Of a stretch of 64,000 nt of DNA, positions 1 to 9,787 are shown in pieces. The notes beneath the pieces are model-generated. The model saw only the letters and a program-made list of their open reading frames with translations, searched no databases and was not told the origin of the DNA. Location of the stretch: the NCBI GenBank assembly GCA_964426485.1, contig CAYRQX010000015.1:7899-71898 (forward strand). Reading direction: 5' to 3'. The DNA comes from an uncultured Sphingopyxis sp. Lineage in GTDB: Bacteria > Pseudomonadota > Alphaproteobacteria > Sphingomonadales > Sphingomonadaceae. The position numbers were made by a program, and so were the translations under genes. The stretch's first letter is position 1; every line of letters starts with the position of its first letter.

Positions 1-1
1 C

Positions 2-1966
2 CTTGCCTATGACCAGCAGAAGCTGCGCCTTTTCTACCTGACCAACGGCTACGCCGATTTCCGCGTGATTTCGGCGGTGGCTGAGCTGACGAGCAACAAG
101 CAGGACTTCATCATCACCTATGTGGTCGAGGAAGGCGAACGCTACAAGTTCGGCGACGTCGATGTGAAGAGCGAAATCCGCGACTTCCAGCCCGAGATGC
201 TGAAGAAGCTGCTGCCGATGAAGACCGGCGACTGGTATGACGCCAAGCAGGTCGAGGACACGGTCGAAAGCCTCAGCGAAACCGCGGGCCTGTTCGGCTA
301 TGCCTTTGCCGACATCAACCCCGAATTCCGCCGCGACCCCGACACGCGGACGATGGCGATCACCTTCAATGTCGCCGAAAGCCCGCGTACCTACGTCGAG
401 CGCATCGACGTCAACGGCAACACGTTGACCCACGACAAGGTCGTGCGCCGCGAATTCCGCCTGAACGAAGGCGACGCGTTCAACAGCTTCGGCGTCAAGC
501 GTACCGAGAACCGCATCAACAGCTTGGGTTATTTCCAGGAAAATCTGGAAATCGAACGCAAGGAAGGCAGCGCCCCCGACCGCATCATCCTTGAAACCAA
601 TGTCGAGGAAAAACCGACCGGCGAATTGTCGCTGTCGGCCGGTTTCTCGTCGATCGAGAATTTCCTGCTTCAGGCGTCGATCCGCCAGCGCAACTTCCGC
701 GGCCTCGGTCAGCAGCTTCAGGCGTCGGTCAACTATTCGAGCTATTCGAAGTCGATCGAGCTCGGCTTCACCGAACCCTATCTGTTCGACCGCAACATCT
801 CGGTGGGTGGCAGCGTCTATCGCCGCGATTTGAACTCGTTCAACTTCATCAACAACGACCGCCGGACGACGTTCCAGCAGGTCACGACCGGTGCGCAGAT
901 CAACGCCGGTGTGCCGCTGACCGAATTCATGTCCTTCTTCGCGCGTTACAGCATCAACTTCGACGATGTGACGCTCGACAGGGGAATCTATTATTTCGGT
1001 GGTGAGTGCGACCCGCTGGTGGCCGGCCGCTACCTTTGCGATGCGATCGGCAATCGCACGACCTCGCTGCTTGGCTATACGCTCGCCTATGACGACCGTG
1101 ACAATCGCATCCGTCCGACGCGCGGCCAGTCGCTGTCATTGAGCCAGGATTTCGCCGGTCTCGGCGGCAGCGTCAAATATGTTCGAACGCGCCTGTCCGG
1201 CAGCAAGCACTTCAACCTTGGCAGCCGCTTCATCCTCAACCTGTCGGCCGAAGGCGGCTATATCTATCCGTTCGGCAGCGCGCCGACCCCGACGAGCGAC
1301 AAGGTTCGCCTGACCGACCGCTTCTTCCTCGGCGAACCGCAGATGCGCGGTTTCGACATCCGCGGCGTCGGCCCGCGCGTCATTCGTTATTCGGTCAACA
1401 ACCTCGATCCCGCCAACCCCATTGTCGTGACGGACGGCGAGGGCGATCGCGGCCAGATCGACGACGCGCTCGGCGGCCGTGCTTATTATCAGGGTCGGCT
1501 CGAACTCGATATTCCGCTCGGCACCGGGGCGAAGGAAATGGGGCTTCGCCCGTCGATCTTCCTCGACGTCGGGTCGGTGTTCAGCGTTCGTCGGCCGCAG
1601 TTGACGACGCTCGCGAATTTCAGGGAAACCGACCCCAATGCGCCCGGTTTCGGCCTTACCAAGTCGCTGTGCCGCAACGCGACCACGGGGGTCACCCAGT
1701 TCGCGACGGAAACGATAACGACGCCAGAGGGCGGCGTTCCGACGGGCACCGGCCAATATACGACCTGCCCGACCGATTTCTCGCGCCTCGATCCGTTCGA
1801 GGAACGCTTCTTCGGCGATACGTGGATGCCGCGTGTATCGATCGGCGCCGGGGTGAACTGGAACTCTCCTTTCGGTCCCTTCCGGATCGACTTCGCTTAC
1901 GCCCTTCGCAAAGAAGAGGGCGATGATACCAAACGCTTCTCATTCAATGTAGGAACCCAATTCTGA
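2..1966 (+). CDS. bamA: Outer membrane protein assembly factor BamA (5'-truncated by window edge)
   Basis: Frame is open from base 2. POTRA-type repeats (RTYVERIDVNGNTLTHDKVVRRE), conserved loop motif MRGF, C-terminal beta-signal FSFNVGTQF; followed by skp and fabZ. Confidence 0.97.
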   Translation, partial: LAYDQQKLRLFYLTNGYADFRVISAVAELTSNKQDFIITYVVEEGERYKFGDVDVKSEIRDFQPEMLKKLLPMKTGDWYDAKQVEDTVESLSETAGLFGYAFADINPEFRRDPDTRTMAITFNVAESPRTYVERIDVNGNTLTHDKVVRREFRLNEGDAFNSFGVKRTENRINSLGYFQENLEIERKEGSAPDRIILETNVEEKPTGELSLSAGFSSIENFLLQASIRQRNFRGLGQQLQASVNYSSYSKSIELGFTEPYLFDRNISVGGSVYRRDLNSFNFINNDRRTTFQQVTTGAQINAGVPLTEFMSFFARYSINFDDVTLDRGIYYFGGECDPLVAGRYLCDAIGNRTTSLLGYTLAYDDRDNRIRPTRGQSLSLSQDFAGLGGSVKYVRTRLSGSKHFNLGSRFILNLSAEGGYIYPFGSAPTPTSDKVRLTDRFFLGEPQMRGFDIRGVGPRVIRYSVNNLDPANPIVVTDGEGDRGQIDDALGGRAYYQGRLELDIPLGTGAKEMGLRPSIFLDVGSVFSVRRPQLTTLANFRETDPNAPGFGLTKSLCRNATTGVTQFATETITTPEGGVPTGTGQYTTCPTDFSRLDPFEERFFGDTWMPRVSIGAGVNWNSPFGPFRIDFAYALRKEEGDDTKRFSFNVGTQF

Positions 1967-2655
1967 TGAAGAAACTTCTTGCCGCCTCGGCGCTGGCGAT
2001 CGCCGCACTGTCGGTCTCGCCCTTCCTGTCGGCTCCGGCCATCGCGCAGGCAAAGGGTGTCGGCGTCGCCGACGTCCGCGTCGCCGCTGCCCGTTCGAAT
2101 GCATTCCAGACCGCCTCGACCCAGATCGAGACGACCTACAAGGCGCAGATCGATCAGCAGCAGTCGCGCGGCCAGACGCTGCAGGCCGAAATCAACGTGC
2201 TGATCGCCAAATATAACGAAGAGATCAAAAAAACGCCGCGCAACGAAGCCGCCGTCGCAGCTGCCGGCAAGGCCGTTCAGGACAAGCAGCGCGCCGCGCA
2301 GACCGAGCTGGGTCAGATCGGCGCGCCCGTCGATCTCGCCATCGCTTATGTCGAGGACCAGATCAGCGTTCGCATGAACGAAGCGATCAAGGCCGCCATG
2401 ACCGCAAAGAAGGTCGACCTGCTGGTCAATCCCGAGGCAGTGATCGCGCGCGAAAACAATGTCGACATCACCGACGCGGTGGTTGCCGAACTCAATCGCA
2501 TCCTGCCGAACGTATCGACCGCGGTTCCTGCCGGTTACCAGCCCGGCCAGCTCGTCCAGCAGCGCAACCAGCAGCTGATGGATCAGGCGCGTGCCGCACA
2601 GGGTACGCGTCCGGCGGCCCCGGCCCCGGCCGGTACCGCACCGACGACCCGCTAA
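1966..2655 (+). CDS. skp: OmpH/Skp family periplasmic chaperone
   Basis: Signal peptide, helical Gln/Ala-rich body, [12 protein letters not shown]-terminal motif; canonical position between bamA and fabZ. Confidence 0.85.
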   Translation: MKKLLAASALAIAALSVSPFLSAPAIAQAKGVGVADVRVAAARSNAFQTASTQIETTYKAQIDQQQSRGQTLQAEINVLIAKYNEEIKKTPRNEAAVAAAGKAVQDKQRAAQTELGQIGAPVDLAIAYVEDQISVRMNEAIKAAMTAKKVDLLVNPEAVIARENNVDITDAVVAELNRILPNVSTAVPAGYQPGQLVQQRNQQLMDQARAAQGTRPAAPAPAGTAPTTR

Positions 2656-2660
2656 GCTCG

Positions 2661-3140
2661 ATGGCGGACGGGGAAAAGGCGGACGGCGCGATGGGTCCGG
2701 TGGATATCCGCCGGATCCTGACGCTGCTGCCGCATCGGTATCCGATGCTGCTCGTCGACCGGGTGGAAACGATGGTGAAAGATACCTCGATCCACGCGGT
2801 CAAGGCGGTGACGATGAACGAGCCCTTTTTCCAGGGGCATTTCCCAGGCCGGCCGATCATGCCCGGTGTCCTTATTGTCGAGGCGCTGGCTCAGGCCGGC
2901 GGCATATTGGCGGTCGAATCGCTCGGCCTCGGCGGCTCGGGCAAGCTTGTCTATTTCATGGGCATCGACGGGGTGAAGTTCCGCAAGCCCGTGGAGCCCG
3001 GCGTGTTGCTCGACCTCCACGTCACCATCCTTCAGGCGAAGCGGAATATCTGCAGGTTCGAAGGCAAGGCGATGCTGAATGGCCAGCTGGCGACCGAATG
3101 CCAGTTCACCGCAATGATCGCCGATCCGCCGAGCGACTGA
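2661..3140 (+). CDS. fabZ: 3-hydroxyacyl-ACP dehydratase FabZ
   Basis: [13 protein letters not shown] and [23 protein letters not shown] motifs. Confidence 0.97.
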   Translation: MADGEKADGAMGPVDIRRILTLLPHRYPMLLVDRVETMVKDTSIHAVKAVTMNEPFFQGHFPGRPIMPGVLIVEALAQAGGILAVESLGLGGSGKLVYFMGIDGVKFRKPVEPGVLLDLHVTILQAKRNICRFEGKAMLNGQLATECQFTAMIADPPSD

Positions 3141-3147
3141 TTGTTCA

Positions 3148-3267
3148 TTCGTTCGTCGTGAGGAGCGACAGAGCGAAGCGAAGGCCCGTCTTGAAGGGTC
3201 CCGACGTCGCGCAGGGGCCTTTGAGACGTTGTTTCGACAAGCTCAACAGCTCATCAGGACGAACGGA
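3148..3267. repeat. REP-like inverted-repeat element (TTCGACAAGCTC family)
   Basis: Outer arms TCGTTCGTCGTGAGGAGC ... GCTCATCAGGACGAACGG; contains TTCGACAAGCTCA, shared with the elements at 5124 and 6869. Confidence 0.7.
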
Positions 3268-3381
3268 TCACGACACGCACTTGCAGAATCGGCTTTACGC
3301 CACTAAAGGCCACCGCTTCGCGTTCCCGGACGCACAGACTCACGCGGCTGGTCGGAAACCAGCGGCACAGGAGCCCAAGAC

Positions 3382-3609
3382 ATGAAGAACGATATCCACC
3401 CCGACTATCACATGATCACCGTCAAGATGACCGATGGTACCGAATATCAGACGCGCTCGACGTGGGGCAAAGAGGGCGACGTGATGACGCTCGAAATCGA
3501 CCCCACCGCGCACCCGGCATGGACCGGCGGCACCGGACGCATGCTCGACGCTGCGGGCCAGGTTGCCAAGTTCAACAAGCGCTTCGGTGGTCTTACCCTC
3601 AAGCGCTAA
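3382..3609 (+). CDS. rpmE: 50S ribosomal protein L31 (Cys-free type)
   Basis: [10 protein letters not shown]...[13 protein letters not shown]...[10 protein letters not shown]; GGAG RBS upstream. Confidence 0.97.
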   Translation: MKNDIHPDYHMITVKMTDGTEYQTRSTWGKEGDVMTLEIDPTAHPAWTGGTGRMLDAAGQVAKFNKRFGGLTLKR

Positions 3610-3617
3610 CGGCACCA

Positions 3618-3637
3618 ACCTCCGCGAAAGCGGCGGT
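3618..3637. terminator. GNRA-loop hairpin between convergent rpmE and glpK
   Basis: ACC-T-CCGC-GAAA-GCGG-C-GGT in a 27-bp convergent gap; no clear U-tract. Confidence 0.45.
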
Positions 3638-5109
3638 CAGCTCAAGACTTTTGCAAGCGCGCTTTGCCACCCGGCAAGGCGCGTTTTGCGTTTGTCGGCA
3701 TCCAGCGCCGGTGTGAAGCGCGTCGCGGTGCCGCGCATCGCCTGCGCCGCGCTTGCCAGGTCCGGATAAAGCCCGGCGCCGGTCGCCGCGAGCATCGCGG
3801 CGCCCAAGGCGGTGCTTTCGACGAAATCGGGCCGCTCGACCGTCAGGCCCAGCACATCGGCCAGATCCTGCGCCATCCAGTCGTTTGCCGCCATGCCGCC
3901 GTCGATACGAAGCTCGGCCCAGTCGACACCATCGGCGGCAAATGCCGATTTCAGATCGTTCGCCTGATAGGCCTGCGCTTCCAGCGCCGCGCGCGCGACA
4001 TGCGCCTTGCTCGTCGCAAAGCTCAGGCCCGACAGCGCCGCCAGCGCATCGGGCCGCCAGTGCGGCGCCCCCAGGCCCGACAGGGCAGGGACCAGATAGA
4101 CCCCGTCGGTATCGGCGACCGACCGTGCGAGCCCCTCGCTCTCCCCGGCGCTCGCAAGCAGGCCCAGCCCGTCGCGCAGCCATTTGATCAGGCTGCCTGC
4201 GACGAATACCGACCCCTCCAGCGCATAGGAGCGAACATCGCCTTCCTGCACCAGCACCGTCGCGAGCAGGCGATTAGCCGATTGCGGCCGCACCGTGCCA
4301 CTGGCCGACAATATGAACGCGCCCGTGCCAAAGGTCGCCTTCGTCTGCCCGGGCGACAGGCACGCCTGGCCGATCGTCGCCGCCTGCTGGTCGCCCGCCA
4401 TCCCGCAAATCGGGATCGCGCTGCCGAACAATGTGGGGCCGGTGGTGCCGACGCGCGCCGTGCATCCGGTGATTTCGGGAAGCAGGCCCAAGGGCACGCC
4501 GAGCAGCTCGCACAATTCGCTATCCCAGCCGCCCTGGCCGTTGATGTCCATCAGCAATGTGCGCGATGCATTGCTCGCGTCGGTGACGTGGACGCCGCCG
4601 GTCAGGCGATAGATGAGATAGGATTCGACCGTCCCGACCGCGAGCCGGTCGCCGGCGTCCTTGAGCTGCGGCCAGTGCTTCAACGCCCAGCCGATCTTGG
4701 TGCCCGAGAAATAGGGATCGAGCAGCAGCCCGCTCTTCGCCTGCGCCATCGGTTCATGGCCCGCTTCCTTCAGCGCCGCGCAATCGGCCGCCGAGCGCCG
4801 GTCCTGCCATACGATCGCATTCGCCAGCGGCTCGCCGGTCGTACGATCCCAGAACACCACCGTCTCGCGCTGGTTGGTGATCCCGATCGCCGCAATATGG
4901 TCGGCGCCGCCCGCCTGTGCGATCATCTCGCGCGTGCAGGCGACGGTGGCGTCCCAGATTTCGGCGGCGTCATGTTCGACGAGGCCGGGGCCGGGATAAT
5001 GTTGCCGGATCTCGCGCTGCGCGCTGCCCAGCGGAATCCCGTCGGCGCCGAAAAGCATCGTGCGCGTCGACGTCGTGCCTTCGTCGATGACGATGATCTT
5101 CTCGGCCAT
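3637..5109 (-). CDS. glpK: Glycerol kinase
   Basis: IDEGTTSTR, GITNQRET, AIVWQDRR, DQQAA, KATFGTGAF, YALEGSVF motifs of the FGGY/GlpK family. Confidence 0.93.
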   Translation of the reverse strand: MAEKIIVIDEGTTSTRTMLFGADGIPLGSAQREIRQHYPGPGLVEHDAAEIWDATVACTREMIAQAGGADHIAAIGITNQRETVVFWDRTTGEPLANAIVWQDRRSAADCAALKEAGHEPMAQAKSGLLLDPYFSGTKIGWALKHWPQLKDAGDRLAVGTVESYLIYRLTGGVHVTDASNASRTLLMDINGQGGWDSELCELLGVPLGLLPEITGCTARVGTTGPTLFGSAIPICGMAGDQQAATIGQACLSPGQTKATFGTGAFILSASGTVRPQSANRLLATVLVQEGDVRSYALEGSVFVAGSLIKWLRDGLGLLASAGESEGLARSVADTDGVYLVPALSGLGAPHWRPDALAALSGLSFATSKAHVARAALEAQAYQANDLKSAFAADGVDWAELRIDGGMAANDWMAQDLADVLGLTVERPDFVESTALGAAMLAATGAGLYPDLASAAQAMRGTATRFTPALDADKRKTRLAGWQSALAKVLS

Positions 5110-5123
5110 ATAAACCCCTCATC

Positions 5124-5210
5124 ACTTCGTGCTGAGCTTGTCGAAGCCCCCTTTTTCTGTTTCAACCCTGATGAAGAAAGAACCGCCCTTCGACAAGCTC
5201 GCGGCGAATG
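5124..5210. repeat. REP-like inverted doublet
   Basis: TTCGTGCTGAGCTTGTCGAAG ... CTTCGACAAGCTCGCGGCGAA with a purine/pyrimidine-biased spacer. Confidence 0.8.
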
Positions 5211-5465
5211 CGAATAGGTAGGCAAGCAATTATCTTGCAATATCGCGCAACCTATGCCATATATGGTGCAGCGCAGCATGGCGGGTCCACCCGCCGCAAC
5301 CACCGGCAGCGTGATTTTCCCGCCCAAATCAGGCGCGGGACGAGCCGGACCAGCGCTTTGTCCCCAGAGGCACCCTTTCACGCGGGTCGTTTCGAACCCG
5401 CGGCCCGTGCGCCGTCCGTTCGATCCGAACGGATGTGCCTGCGCGTCGCTCATAGTGAGTATTTC

Positions 5466-6848
5466 ATGACGACTTTCAACGACTTTGGCTTGCACGCCGA
5501 CATCAATCGCGCGCTTGCCGCCAAGGATTATACCGTTCCGACCCCGATCCAGGTTCAGGCGATTCCGCCGCTGATGAAGGGCCGCGACCTGTGCGGTATC
5601 GCGCAGACGGGCACTGGCAAGACCGCCGGTTTCTCGCTGCCCTCGATCCATCACCTTTTGACCTATCCGCACCGCCCGACTCCGCGCGGCTGCCGGATGC
5701 TCGTCCTCGCGCCGACGCGCGAGCTCGCCGCGCAGATTGCGCAGAGCTGCCGCGACTATGGCCGTTTCACCAAGCTCAGTGTCTCGACCGTCTTCGGCGG
5801 CGTGCCGATCAACAAGCAGATCCGCGATCTTTCGGGCGGCGTCGACATTCTCGTCGCGACCCCCGGCCGCCTGCTCGACCTGATCGACCAGCGCGCGCTG
5901 CGCCTCGACGATGTCGAAATCTTCGTCCTCGACGAAGCCGACCAGATGATGGACATGGGCTTTATCCATTCCCTGCGCCGCATCGCCAAGCTGCTGCCGT
6001 CGCGCCGCCAGAACCTGTTCTTTTCGGCGACGATGCCAAAGGAAATCGCGCACCTCGCCGAACAGTTTCTCGAGGATCCGGTCACCGTGTCGGTCACCCC
6101 GGCCGCGACCACGGTCGAAAAGATCCGCCAGTTTTCGACCTTCGTCGAACAGAAGGAAAAGCAGGCGCTGCTCCACTCGATCGTCGCCAGCGAGGATATC
6201 GACCGCGCGCTGATCTTCACCCGCACCAAGCATGGCGCCGACCGCGTCGTGCGTCACCTTGCGGGCGCGGGCATCAAGGCGATGGCAATCCATGGCAACA
6301 AGAGCCAGTCGCAGCGCACCCACGCGCTGCAGGCGTTCCGTTCGGGCGACATCAAGCTGCTCGTCGCGACCGACATTGCCGCACGCGGCATCGACGTGTC
6401 TGGCGTCAGCCATGTCATCAACTTCGAAATCCCGAACGTGCCCGAACAATATGTCCATCGCATCGGGCGCACCGCGCGCGCCGGCGCTGAGGGCATGGCG
6501 ATCAGCTTCATCGCGCCCGATGAGCGGCCGTATATGCGCGACATTGAACGCGTCACGCGGTCGAAGGCCGAACCGATGCCGCTGCCCGAGAATTTTAACG
6601 AGTTGGTGCGCAACCTGCCCAAGCCGGTTGCGGGCCCGCGCGACACGGGCAGCCAGGGCCGTGACCCGAATCGCCAGCGTCAGGACGCGCGCCGCCAGCC
6701 GAGCGGTGGCCAGCCGCGCGGCGATCGCGGTCCGCGCCGCGACGCTGCACCCGCCGGTGAAGGCGCCGAAGGCCAGCGCAAGCGCCGTTTCCGCCCGCGC
6801 AACAAGAGCGTCGGCGCGCACAAGGGCGCAGTGAAGCGCGTCGGTTGA
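5466..6848 (+). CDS. DEAD-box ATP-dependent RNA helicase (RhlE-like)
   Basis: Q-motif MTTFNDFGL...PTPIQ, AQTGTGKT, PTRELA, DEAD, SAT, ARGID, HRIGRTAR; Arg/Gly-rich tail. Start moved to ATG 5466. Confidence 0.95.
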   Translation: MTTFNDFGLHADINRALAAKDYTVPTPIQVQAIPPLMKGRDLCGIAQTGTGKTAGFSLPSIHHLLTYPHRPTPRGCRMLVLAPTRELAAQIAQSCRDYGRFTKLSVSTVFGGVPINKQIRDLSGGVDILVATPGRLLDLIDQRALRLDDVEIFVLDEADQMMDMGFIHSLRRIAKLLPSRRQNLFFSATMPKEIAHLAEQFLEDPVTVSVTPAATTVEKIRQFSTFVEQKEKQALLHSIVASEDIDRALIFTRTKHGADRVVRHLAGAGIKAMAIHGNKSQSQRTHALQAFRSGDIKLLVATDIAARGIDVSGVSHVINFEIPNVPEQYVHRIGRTARAGAEGMAISFIAPDERPYMRDIERVTRSKAEPMPLPENFNELVRNLPKPVAGPRDTGSQGRDPNRQRQDARRQPSGGQPRGDRGPRRDAAPAGEGAEGQRKRRFRPRNKSVGAHKGAVKRVG

Positions 6849-6868
6849 CGCGCTGAACAAATCTGACA

Positions 6869-6961
6869 TTCCGCTCGTGCTGAGCTTGTCGAAGCACCGT
6901 CCTTTCCTTAGGCATCATGCTGGGGAAGAGCGGCGCTTCGACAGGCTCAGGGCGAGCGGAA
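6869..6961. repeat. REP-like inverted doublet
   Basis: TTCCGCTCGTGCTGAGCTTGTCGAAGC ... GCTTCGACAGGCTCAGGGCGAGCGGAA. Confidence 0.85.
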
Positions 6962-6997
6962 GTTGATGGGCCGCTTCCTCGATAAGGGGAGCGGTTG

Positions 6998-8671
6998 ATG
7001 ACGGATGGCGAAGCAGCGGTGGTAGCACCGATCGACACCCGGCAGAGCGAACGCAAGGTGATCCTCGCGTCGTCGCTCGGCACGGTGTTCGAATGGTATG
7101 ATTTCTACCTTTACGGCCTGCTCGCGACGATCATCTCGGCGCAATTTTTTTCGGGCGTCAACGAAACCACCGGCTTTATCTTCGCGCTCGCGGCCTTTGC
7201 GGCGGGCTTTGCGGTCAGGCCGTTCGGCGCGCTCGTCTTCGGGCGCATCGGCGATCTCGTTGGGCGCAAGAATACCTTCCTCGTCACCATGGGCCTGATG
7301 GGCGCCTCGACCTTTCTCGTCGGCATATTGCCGAGCTATGCGTCGATCGGCGTCGCGGCGCCGATCCTGCTCGTCGTGCTCCGGCTGCTTCAGGGGCTCG
7401 CGCTCGGCGGCGAATATGGGGGCGCCGCAACTTACGTCGCCGAACATGCGCCCGACGGTAAACGCGGCCTCTTCACCAGCTTCATTCAAACTACCGCGAC
7501 GCTCGGCCTGTTCGCGGCGCTCGGCGTCGTCATCGTCATTCGCTCGGCGATGGGCGAGGCAGCGTTCGCCGACTGGGGCTGGCGTATCCCGTTCCTGATC
7601 TCGATCATCCTGCTCGGCGTCTCGCTGTGGATCCGCCTCCAGCTCGAAGAAAGCCCCGTCTTCAAGCAGATGAAGGAGGAAGGCACGACATCGAAAGCGC
7701 CGCTCACCGAAGCCTTCGGGCGCTGGGAAAACCTCAAATGGGTGATCGTCGCGCTGTTCGGGGCGGTCGCGGGACAGGCGGTGGTCTGGTATTCGGGGCA
7801 ATTTTATGCGCTCTTCTTCCTCGAAAAGACACTGAAGGTCGACGGCGCGACCGCGAACATATTGATCGCCATCGCGCTCGCGCTCGGCACGCCCTTTTTC
7901 ATCCTCTTCGGCTGGCTCAGCGACAAGATCGGGCGCAAGCCGATCATCCTCGCGGGTTGCGCGCTCGCCGCGCTCACCTATTTCCCGGCCTTCCACATGC
8001 TGACCAGCGCCGCCAACCCCGCGATGGCGAAAGCACAGGCGAGCGCCGCGGTGACGGTCAACGCCGATCCCGGCGCCTGCGCCTTCCAGTTCGATCCGGT
8101 GGGCAAGGAAAAGTTCGAAAGCACCGGCTGCGACATCGCCAAATCGGCGCTGGCAAAAGCTGGCGTCAGCTATACGAGCATCACCCGCCCACGCCGCACC
8201 GGCGAAGCCGCCGACGTCTGGATCGGTAAACGCGTGCTGGTGGCCCCCGAACCCTGGCGGCTTGCCGAGGAAGATCGGGCTCCCGCCGCCGAAGCCTTTC
8301 GCAAGGAACTGGCCGCCGCGACCGCCGCTGCGGGCTATCCCGCCAAGGCCGACCTCGACGCGATGAACAAGCCGCTCGTCGTCGCGATCCTCTTCTACCT
8401 CGTGCTGCTGGTGACGATGGTCTATGGCCCGATCGCGGCGTTGCTCGTCGAGCTGTTTCCCAGCCGCATCCGTTACACCGCGATGTCCTTGCCCTATCAT
8501 ATCGGCAACGGCTGGTTCGGGGGCTTCCTGCCGACGACGGCGTTTGCGATGGTCGCGGCGACGGGCAATATCTACTACGGCCTGTGGTATCCGGTGATCG
8601 TCGCGGTGATTACATTGGTCATCGGGCTGCTGTTCCTGCCCGAAACCTTCCGCCGGTCTCTCCACCCTTAG
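6998..8671 (+). CDS. MFS transporter (MHS metabolite:H+ symporter type)
   Basis: SSLGTVFEWYDF, RPFGALVFGRIGDLVGRK, GLALGGEYGGA, ELFPSRIRYT; AAGGGGA RBS; a Cys-pair insertion in the C-terminal half. Confidence 0.92.
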   Translation: MTDGEAAVVAPIDTRQSERKVILASSLGTVFEWYDFYLYGLLATIISAQFFSGVNETTGFIFALAAFAAGFAVRPFGALVFGRIGDLVGRKNTFLVTMGLMGASTFLVGILPSYASIGVAAPILLVVLRLLQGLALGGEYGGAATYVAEHAPDGKRGLFTSFIQTTATLGLFAALGVVIVIRSAMGEAAFADWGWRIPFLISIILLGVSLWIRLQLEESPVFKQMKEEGTTSKAPLTEAFGRWENLKWVIVALFGAVAGQAVVWYSGQFYALFFLEKTLKVDGATANILIAIALALGTPFFILFGWLSDKIGRKPIILAGCALAALTYFPAFHMLTSAANPAMAKAQASAAVTVNADPGACAFQFDPVGKEKFESTGCDIAKSALAKAGVSYTSITRPRRTGEAADVWIGKRVLVAPEPWRLAEEDRAPAAEAFRKELAAATAAAGYPAKADLDAMNKPLVVAILFYLVLLVTMVYGPIAALLVELFPSRIRYTAMSLPYHIGNGWFGGFLPTTAFAMVAATGNIYYGLWYPVIVAVITLVIGLLFLPETFRRSLHP

Positions 8672-8728
8672 GATAGATTGACCGACCGGACTTGTGCATT
8701 AGGTTCGCGCCAGGCCTTGAAGGGGGGC

Positions 8729-9787
8729 ATGATGATTGCCGACGACATGGATTTCGACGAGCCGCCGCCGCCGCGGCGTCCTTTGCTCCGGCGCAAGCGG
8801 GTCTTGATCCCGCTTGGCGTCGTGATTGCGGTCGTCGTCGGTTTCCTGCTGTTGCTGACCCCCGACACCGGCCGCGACGCGATGATCGCCAAATATGGCG
8901 GCCCGAACGCCACTTTCGTGGCGGGGCCGGCGGGGCAACGCATCCATTACCGCGATCAGGGCAAGCGCGATGGCAAGGCGATCATCCTGATCCACGGCGC
9001 CAATGCCAGCCTGCATACGTGGGAACCGCTGGTGGAGCGGCTCGGCGAAACCTATCGCGTTGTCACGCTCGACCTGCCCGGCCACGGCCTGACCGGCGCA
9101 ACCCCCGACACCGATTATTCGGCCGCGGGCATGATCGCCGCGATCGACGTTGTCGCGGCCAAGCTCGGGCTCGATCATTTCATCCTCGGCGGCAATTCGA
9201 TGGGCGGGTGGGTCAGCTGGCGCTACGCGCTCGCGCAGCCAGCGCGCGTCGACGCGCTGCTGCTGATCGATGCGAGCGGCATGCCGCTGCGCAAAGGGGA
9301 GAAGCGGCCCGAATCGAACGTCGGCTTCCGCGTCCTCGAATATCCCTTCGGCCGCTGGCTCGCGACACGGATCACCCCGCGGAGGCTCGTCGAACAGTCG
9401 CTGCGCGGCTCGGTCGAGAAGCAGGAGATCGTCGATGAAGCGATGATCGACCGCTATTGGGAATTGCTACGCTTCCCAGGCAATCGCGCGGCGACGGTGA
9501 CGCGTACGCGGATGAACCGCGAACCCGCAATCGCCGCGCGCGTGAGCGAGATCAAGGCGCCGACGCTGATCCTGTTCGGCGACAAGGATAGGGTGATCAA
9601 CCCAAGCGCCGCAATGACCTTCAACGAACGTATCGCCGGGTCAGAGGTCGCGATGCTGCCGGGTATCGGCCATCTGCCGATGGAGGAAGCGCCCGATGCG
9701 ACCGCAGGGGCGATCGCCGATTTCCTTACGCGGCGGCTTGATGCCCCGACTTCGGAGAATGCACCGCCTGATCCAGAAACGCGCTGA
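8729..9787 (+). CDS. Membrane-anchored alpha/beta hydrolase
   Basis: N-terminal TM helix, HGANAS oxyanion region, GNSMGG nucleophile elbow, GHLPMEE His motif. Confidence 0.88.
   Translation: MMIADDMDFDEPPPPRRPLLRRKRVLIPLGVVIAVVVGFLLLLTPDTGRDAMIAKYGGPNATFVAGPAGQRIHYRDQGKRDGKAIILIHGANASLHTWEPLVERLGETYRVVTLDLPGHGLTGATPDTDYSAAGMIAAIDVVAAKLGLDHFILGGNSMGGWVSWRYALAQPARVDALLLIDASGMPLRKGEKRPESNVGFRVLEYPFGRWLATRITPRRLVEQSLRGSVEKQEIVDEAMIDRYWELLRFPGNRAATVTRTRMNREPAIAARVSEIKAPTLILFGDKDRVINPSAAMTFNERIAGSEVAMLPGIGHLPMEEAPDATAGAIADFLTRRLDAPTSENAPPDPETR

Noticed and set aside
5210-5465. Riboswitch or structured leader before the DEAD-box gene
   Set aside because: Long leader, but no recognisable riboswitch consensus.
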